Source: Chloroflexota bacterium (GTDB taxonomy: Bacteria; Chloroflexota; Anaerolineae; Anaerolineales; Villigracilaceae). Taken from it: a stretch of DNA of 64,000 nt. The notes under the pieces are model-generated. The model ran no database searches. It had not been told where the DNA came from and was given only the letters and a program-made list of their open reading frames with translations. The position numbers were made by a program, and so were the translations under genes. Below, one piece after another: positions 58,893 to 64,000 of the stretch. The stretch covers positions 211,595 through 275,594 of the forward strand of contig JBBIKC010000001.1 of NCBI GenBank assembly GCA_037445635.1, given 5' to 3'. Position 1 is the first letter of the stretch. Each line of letters begins with the position of its first letter.

Positions 58893-59040
58893 ATTTTAAT
58901 TGCTCTGTTGCAAACACCTTCAGAGGCCGTCACTGCGAGCGAAGCGAAGCAGTCTCCCCGCCTGCGAGGAGATTGCTTCGATGCCTTCGGCATCTCGCAA
59001 TGACGGGAAAAACGAATGATTGCAACAGAGCATATTTTAA
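58893..59040. repeat. about 150-bp nested palindromic (MITE/REP-like) element
   Basis: Outer 13-bp inverted repeat TGCTCTGTTGCAA / TTGCAACAGAGCA. Inner long hairpin GTCACTGCGAGCGAAGCGAAGCAGTCTCC ... GGAGATTGCTTCG ... CTCGCAATGAC (58929-59004). Confidence 0.82.
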
Positions 59041-59145
59041 TCCCAAACCTGTCCGAATGCCGTCGAGCGGCGGGCGCACGGTTACAGCCGCTCCCGCAAA
59101 GGTATAATAGGCACGCCACAGGAATCCCCTCCCACAGGAGTCAAA

Positions 59146-60450
59146 GTGAAATTTCGGAAAATCTGCGTCCTCGGCCTGGGATACATCGGCCTGCCCACCG
59201 CCAGCACCTTCGCCGCGAACGGCCTGCAAGTCCTCGGCGTGGATGTCAATCATCGCATCCTCGAAACCCTGCGCAACGGCGGACTGCACATCCACGAGCC
59301 GGGCCTGCGCGAGGTGGTGGACACGGCGCTTCAATCGGGACGATTGACCGTTTCCGCCCAGCCCGCTGAGGCCGACGCCTTTTTGATCGCCGTCCCCACG
59401 CCTTTCCATGAAGGCGAGACCGGCGAATACGACGGGATCGCCTACAAAAAAGCCGACATGCGCGCGGTCGTTTCGGCCACCGAGGCGATCCTCCCATTTT
59501 TGCGAAAAGGCAACCTGGTGGTGCTCGAATCCACCTCGCCGCCGCGCACCACGGTTGACCTGGTCAGGCCGATCCTCGAAAGGTCCGGCCTGAAAGCCGG
59601 CGCGGATTTCCACCTCGCGTATTCGCCCGAACGCGTCCTGCCCGGGCAGATCATGAAGGAACTGATCGAGAACGACCGCGTCATCGGGGGCGTCACGTCC
59701 GAGTCCGCCCGCGCCGGGCGCGACCTGTACGCGCTCTTCGTCAAAGGCGACATCATCGAAACCGACGCGACCACCGCAGAGATGGTCAAATTGATGGAGA
59801 ATACTTATCGCGACATCAACATTGCCATCGCCAACGAATTTTCGCGCCTCGCCGAACGCTTCGGCGTGGACGTGTGGGAGGCCATCCGCCTCGCCAACCG
59901 CCACCCGCGCGTGAAGATTCTCTCGCCGGGCACGGGCGTCGGCGGGCACTGTATCAGTGTGGATCCGTGGTTCTTCGTCGAAAGCGCGCCCGACCTGAGC
60001 AGCCTCATCTACGCCGCGCGCCGCCTCAACGACGACCAGCCGCGCTACGCGCTGGAACTCGTCCGAAAAACACTCGGCTCTTTGAAAGGCAAAAGGATCG
60101 CCGCGCTCGGCCTAGCCTTCAAGCCCGACGTGGACGACCTGCGCGAGAGTCCCGCCGCGGAAGTGGCCCGCCTGCTTCAGGAAGAAGGCGCGGCCGTCGC
60201 CTGCTACGAGCCATTCAAGCCCGACGCCGACATGCCCGGCCTCACCCTGGCTCCCAGCCTCGAAGCCGCGCTGGAGGCGGCGGACGCCGTCGTGCTGTTG
60301 GTCGGCCATTCGCAATTCCGCCAGTTGAAACCTGCCCAAGTCGCAGGACTCACGCCCGCGCGCCTCGTCGTAGACATGGTCAACGGCTGGGACGCATCGG
60401 CCTGGCAAAATGCGGGCTTCCGCGTGGCGCGGCTTGGCGCTGGAAAATGA
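59146..60450 (+). CDS. wecC: UDP-N-acetyl-D-mannosamine (UDP-sugar) dehydrogenase
   Basis: N-terminal ICVLGLGYIGLP Rossmann motif, catalytic GVGGHCISVDP, and adjacency to wecB. GTG start. Confidence 0.87.
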   Translation: MKFRKICVLGLGYIGLPTASTFAANGLQVLGVDVNHRILETLRNGGLHIHEPGLREVVDTALQSGRLTVSAQPAEADAFLIAVPTPFHEGETGEYDGIAYKKADMRAVVSATEAILPFLRKGNLVVLESTSPPRTTVDLVRPILERSGLKAGADFHLAYSPERVLPGQIMKELIENDRVIGGVTSESARAGRDLYALFVKGDIIETDATTAEMVKLMENTYRDINIAIANEFSRLAERFGVDVWEAIRLANRHPRVKILSPGTGVGGHCISVDPWFFVESAPDLSSLIYAARRLNDDQPRYALELVRKTLGSLKGKRIAALGLAFKPDVDDLRESPAAEVARLLQEEGAAVACYEPFKPDADMPGLTLAPSLEAALEAADAVVLLVGHSQFRQLKPAQVAGLTPARLVVDMVNGWDASAWQNAGFRVARLGAGK

Positions 60451-60457
60451 CCGTACC

Positions 60458-61570
60458 ATGAAAGTCCTTTCCGTATTTGGAACCCGGCCGGAGGCCGTCA
60501 AAATGGCTCCGGTGGTGCAGGCGCTCCGCCTCGCGCCCGGCGTGGAATCGCGCGTATGCGTCACCGCCCAGCACCGTCAGATGCTTGACCAGGTGCTCGA
60601 CCTGTTCCAGATCAAGCCCGATTACGACCTCGACCTGATGCGCGAGGACCAGTCGCTGGCCGAGTTGAGCGCAGCCATCTTCACCGGCCTCGATCCGGTG
60701 CTTGCCGATTTCCAGCCCGACTGGGTGCTGGTGCAGGGTGATACGACCACCGTCGCCATCACCGCCCTGCTGGCCTACTACCGCCGCGTCCGCGTCGGGC
60801 ATGTGGAGGCGGGACTGCGCACACACGACAAGTGGCAGCCCTTTCCCGAGGAGATCAACCGCCGCGTGGCCGGCGTCGCTGCAGACCTGCATTTTGCGCC
60901 CACCGAATGGGCGCGGCAAAACCTGCTCCGCGAGGGCGTGGACGACAAGTCCATCGCGGTGACCGGCAACCCGGTCATTGACGCCCTGCGCGTGGTGGCC
61001 GCGCAGCCCAAGCCGCGGGAAGTCGGCCAGCTGCTCGAAAAGACGGCGGGGAAACGGCTCGTACTCGTCACCGCGCATCGCCGCGAAAATTTCGGGCGCC
61101 CCCTCGAAGACGTCTGCGCCGCTCTCCTGACCCTGGCCGGCCGCGGCGACGTGGAAATCGTCTACCCCGTACATCTCAACCCGAACGTGCAGGAACCTGT
61201 CTATCGGCTTCTGGGCAACATTCCCAACATCACCCTGCTCCCTCCGCTGGACTATCTGCCCCTCGTCCACCTGATGAAACACTCCGCGCTGATCCTGACC
61301 GATTCGGGCGGAATCCAGGAGGAGGCGCCCGCCTTTGGCGTGCCGGTGCTCGTCCTGCGCGAGGTGACCGAGCGCCCGGAGGGCGTCAACGCGGGGGTGC
61401 TCAAACTGGTCGGAACCGCGACCGGGCGCATCGTCCGCGAAGCGAACCGCCTGCTGGACGACCCATCCGCCCACGCGGCCATGGCCAAAGCCGTCAATCC
61501 CTACGGCGACGGGCAGGCGGCCGACCGAATCGTCCAAGCGCTGTTGTCTCATACCGTTAGCGCTTTGTAA
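60458..61570 (+). CDS. wecB: UDP-N-acetylglucosamine 2-epimerase (non-hydrolysing)
   Basis: Contains MKVLSVFGTRPEAVKMAPV, VQGDTTT, HVEAGLRT, TDSGGIQEEAP and NPYGDGQAA. Confidence 0.93.
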   Translation: MKVLSVFGTRPEAVKMAPVVQALRLAPGVESRVCVTAQHRQMLDQVLDLFQIKPDYDLDLMREDQSLAELSAAIFTGLDPVLADFQPDWVLVQGDTTTVAITALLAYYRRVRVGHVEAGLRTHDKWQPFPEEINRRVAGVAADLHFAPTEWARQNLLREGVDDKSIAVTGNPVIDALRVVAAQPKPREVGQLLEKTAGKRLVLVTAHRRENFGRPLEDVCAALLTLAGRGDVEIVYPVHLNPNVQEPVYRLLGNIPNITLLPPLDYLPLVHLMKHSALILTDSGGIQEEAPAFGVPVLVLREVTERPEGVNAGVLKLVGTATGRIVREANRLLDDPSAHAAMAKAVNPYGDGQAADRIVQALLSHTVSAL

Positions 61571-61605
61571 TGTCGTAGGGTCAAATTTATGAGTATAATG
61601 AGAGC

Positions 61606-62553
61606 ATGAATTCGTGTCGGTTTTTGGGGTTATTTCTGTCGCTGTTACTTCTGCTGGGCAGCTGGACACCTGCAGATGCACAGTCCGCGGACACTCAGTT
61701 CTTCGCCGAGACCGGCCACAACGTCAAAGGGGATTTTCTCCAGTTCTACCGAAGCGTTTCGGATCCCACCCTGTTATTCGGCTACCCTATCACAGAACAG
61801 TATGTGAACAAGGACGGCCTCACGGTCCAATACTTCCAGCGGGCGCGCTTCGAACTAAACCCCGCCCTGCCAGCCGGTCAGCGCGTGATTCTTTCAAACG
61901 TCGGCAAGGAAACCTACGTCCCGGCCGGGCAATTGAATATCAACGACCCCCTGGCCTGCGACCTGTACACACAAACAGGATTCGCGGTCTGTTATGCTTT
62001 TCGAGATTTCTACAATAAATACGGCGGGGCGGCCCAGTTCGGTTACCCGATCTCGCCGTTCGAATTCCACGATGGGCTGATCGTGCAATACTTCGAGAAG
62101 GCGCGTTTCGAATGGCAGCCCTGGCAGGCCGAGGGCCAGCGCGTCGGCTTGACCGATTTGGGGCGGCTGTATTTCGACAGTCTCGGGGAAAACCCGGACC
62201 TGCTCAAACCCGTTCCGCCCGGCGGCGACGTGGTTGGCCCGACCGTCATTTCGCTCCAGGCGCGCGCGTTCGTGTGGAAGGCCGTAACGTTGGCGAACGG
62301 CCAGCAGTTGATCTTTGTGGTCGTACAGGATCAGACCCTTCAGCCTGTCTCCGGCGCGCAGGGAAACGCGCGCGTGAAATGGCCCTCCGGACAAGTCAGC
62401 GACATCCCCTTCACCACCAACAGCAACGGCGTCGGCATCGTCCCGCTTTCGTTCACAGACCAGCCCTACGGCGTGCTGGTTACCATTGAGGTCAATGTGG
62501 CGAAAGACGGCCTGAACGGGAAAACGACGACCTCGTTCCGAATCTGGTATTAA
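61606..62553 (+). CDS. secreted protein with two LGFP-like repeats
   Basis: Signal peptide (LLLLGSWTPADA). Repeated FGYPITEQYVNKDGLTVQYFQRARFE and FGYPISPFEFHDGLIVQYFEKARFE. Beta-rich C-terminal domain. Confidence 0.55.
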   Translation: MNSCRFLGLFLSLLLLLGSWTPADAQSADTQFFAETGHNVKGDFLQFYRSVSDPTLLFGYPITEQYVNKDGLTVQYFQRARFELNPALPAGQRVILSNVGKETYVPAGQLNINDPLACDLYTQTGFAVCYAFRDFYNKYGGAAQFGYPISPFEFHDGLIVQYFEKARFEWQPWQAEGQRVGLTDLGRLYFDSLGENPDLLKPVPPGGDVVGPTVISLQARAFVWKAVTLANGQQLIFVVVQDQTLQPVSGAQGNARVKWPSGQVSDIPFTTNSNGVGIVPLSFTDQPYGVLVTIEVNVAKDGLNGKTTTSFRIWY

Positions 62554-62570
62554 CCTGCACCCGACGTGCG

Positions 62571-62603
62571 TCCCTTCCAGCCGCTGGAAGGGATTTTTTT
62601 TAT
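62571..62603 (+). terminator. intrinsic terminator
   Basis: Stem CCCTTCCAG/CTGGAAGGG with loop CCG, followed by ATTTTTTTTA. Confidence 0.8.
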
Positions 62604-62642
62604 TTCGCAGGTTTGGCCTGCAGAGGGGCTTGTTTTCAAGGG

Positions 62643-62667
62643 AACCTTCGGGACGCTCTGCGTAAGG
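62643..62667 (+). repeat. partial copy of the dispersed-repeat 5' motif
   Basis: AACCTTCGGGACGCTCTGCGTAAGG. Compare the reverse complement of 22577-22601 (AACCTTCGGGACATTCTGCGTAAGG). Confidence 0.7.
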
Positions 62668-62671
62668 TGAG

Positions 62672-63340
62672 TTATTTCAATTCATCGAGATCGAACACGG
62701 GACCATCCCGGCAAGCCATTTTCCAGCCGCGTGACAAGTGGACCGCGCAGACCCCGCATTCGGCGATCCCGCCGCACGGCATCGGCGCGTGGACGAGGAC
62801 TTGGGCCGCGCCTGGACGCGTTGAATTCCGCCTAAGCGGTTCCAGCCAACTCCCCAGCGACTCGCGCGCGGCGTCTGCGGCGAGATAATCGGCCCAGGCA
62901 AGGATTTCGGCGAAAGCCTTCCGCGGCTGGACTTCAACAGACAACGGCAGACTTTCGGGCGGGGAATCGCTGACGAGTACGATCGCCGCATCCTGTGCCA
63001 ATGCAAGGGGAATCAATCCGAGCAGGCGCGAGGGAGTGGCATCCAGCGCGGTGAGGGCCACGCGGCGGGCGGAGATGGGCAGGCTGAAGCCGCGTCCGAG
63101 AGGGCCGTGCAGGAGCAGGGATCCGCCCGGGGTCCACGCGGCGGGCAGGGGCGGCGCGGCGAGGAATCCGTCGGCGGTGATGCCGGCGGAGAAAACGGGG
63201 ACAGGCAAGGGCGAGTCCGAATCGAGGGCATGGGCGAGGAGATATTGCCCGGGCGCGGGGATGAGGCGTGGGCCGCAGGCGATCCGCCCGGCGGCGCGAG
63301 AATCGTTCAAATATCGTTCTACCAAACGACCCATATCCAT
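62672..63340 (-). CDS. PyrK-like electron-transfer protein with a C-terminal 2Fe-2S motif
   Basis: The C-terminus MPCGGIAECGVCAV...ACRDGPVF is the DHOD-B electron-transfer-subunit cluster motif. Start set at MDMGRL (63340). The upstream 130 ORF codons are antisense to the next gene. Confidence 0.6.
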   Translation of the reverse strand: MDMGRLVERYLNDSRAAGRIACGPRLIPAPGQYLLAHALDSDSPLPVPVFSAGITADGFLAAPPLPAAWTPGGSLLLHGPLGRGFSLPISARRVALTALDATPSRLLGLIPLALAQDAAIVLVSDSPPESLPLSVEVQPRKAFAEILAWADYLAADAARESLGSWLEPLRRNSTRPGAAQVLVHAPMPCGGIAECGVCAVHLSRGWKMACRDGPVFDLDELK

Positions 63341-63412
63341 TGCCCCAAGTGTAGCCCAAGTGGAGCCGCTGCGCCACTCGGTTATAATTACCCGCAACTC
63401 AAGGAGGCAGAC

Positions 63413-64000
63413 ATGAATATCGCGAGTGTGATTCAGGTATTTTCGACGTTTGGCTGGCTGGTGTTCGGCGGCGTGTTGATTGCAATCATTATGCGTTCCA
63501 GCCGCCGCCAACCGGTGGGCGGGCTGACCAGCGCGTTGATCGTCACGCTGGTCGTTGCAATCGTGCTCACGGCGGTGGGTGCGGGGTTGGTCTTCATCCA
63601 GCCGGAGGAGCGCGGCGTGGTGTTCTCGGCATTCGCCGAGGGCGGCGTGCGCAAGGAGGCGCTCGGACCTGGTCTGCATTGGATCATCCCGTTTGCCGAG
63701 CAGGTGCGCCGATATCCCATTTCGCGGCAAACTTATACGATGTCAAATGCGGCAACGGAGGGAAACATAGCCGGTGACGACTCCATCCGCGCGCGGACGA
63801 AGGACGGTCAGGAGGTGTTCATCGACGCCTCGGTCATCTATTCCATTGACCCGACCAAGATCATCGAACTGCACATCCGCTGGCAGGACCGCTACACGGA
63901 CCTGTTGGTGCGGCCAGTCTCGCGCGGCATCGTACGCGACGTGGCATCGCAATACGGTGTGGAGGAGATCGTCTCGAGCAAGCGCGCCGAACTGGAAGAA
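63413..64000 (+). CDS. SPFH/Band 7 (prohibitin/HflC-like) membrane protein, 3' partial
   Basis: My own translation from ATG 63413 (AAGGAGG upstream) reads MNIASVIQVFSTFGWLVFGGVLIAII...VFIQPEERGVVFS...GPGLHWIIPFAEQVRRYPISRQTY...TKDGQEVFIDASVIY. It is open to the window end and not in the ORF track. Confidence 0.82.
   Translation, partial: MNIASVIQVFSTFGWLVFGGVLIAIIMRSSRRQPVGGLTSALIVTLVVAIVLTAVGAGLVFIQPEERGVVFSAFAEGGVRKEALGPGLHWIIPFAEQVRRYPISRQTYTMSNAATEGNIAGDDSIRARTKDGQEVFIDASVIYSIDPTKIIELHIRWQDRYTDLLVRPVSRGIVRDVASQYGVEEIVSSKRAELEE

Noticed and set aside
58930-61681. Long minus-strand ORFs 58930..59949 and 60380..61681
   Set aside because: They are antisense to wecC and wecB, whose motifs are clear.

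Overview
High-GC bacterial chromosomal segment. Gene content and repeat families suggest a Chloroflexota/Anaerolineae-like organism, but that is an inference I cannot verify. About 70 protein genes and one tRNA are supportable.

Housekeeping content:
- pcm-mutY.
- tRNA-Gln(CUG) next to glnS and gltX.
- One long minus-strand morphogenesis operon: mreB-mreC-mreD-mrdA-minC-minD-minE-rodA.
- degV, udk, cyclophilin, an M20 peptidase.
- A multidomain sensor kinase with an OmpR-type regulator.
- A LivJHMGF-type ABC importer.
- fbaB, a lipid kinase with plsC, and wecC-wecB.

Parts worth a second look:
1. A Type I R-M operon (hsdM-hsdS-hsdR, 46.8-53.4 kb) carries an HUH/Y1 (IS200-like, RAYT-type) transposase gene between hsdS and hsdR. 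Its stop overlaps the hsdR start (ATGA). Its own REP-like hairpins lie just upstream and in-frame inside it.
2. This R-M block interrupts a molybdenum-hydroxylase cluster: a fused FAD/2Fe-2S subunit, a Mo subunit, a YqeB-like protein, a YqeC-MocA fusion and a second MocA.
3. At least three families of nested palindromic repeats are inserted in-frame in coding sequences (hsdM, hsdR, both MocA-like domains, the RAYT, the PlsC tail) without breaking the ORFs.
4. A roughly 100-nt structured repeat occurs in two intergenic regions, with partial copies elsewhere.
5. An AT-richer accessory patch (32.9-36.9 kb) holds orphan genes and two gene remnants: an ANT(6)-like 3' fragment fused behind a DinB gene, and a truncated scpB. 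A 35-bp near-identical direct repeat links that scpB remnant to the neighbouring oxidoreductase gene.

Many long ORFs in the supplied track are antisense artefacts of the high GC content and were rejected. All family assignments come from motif recognition by eye; no searches were run.
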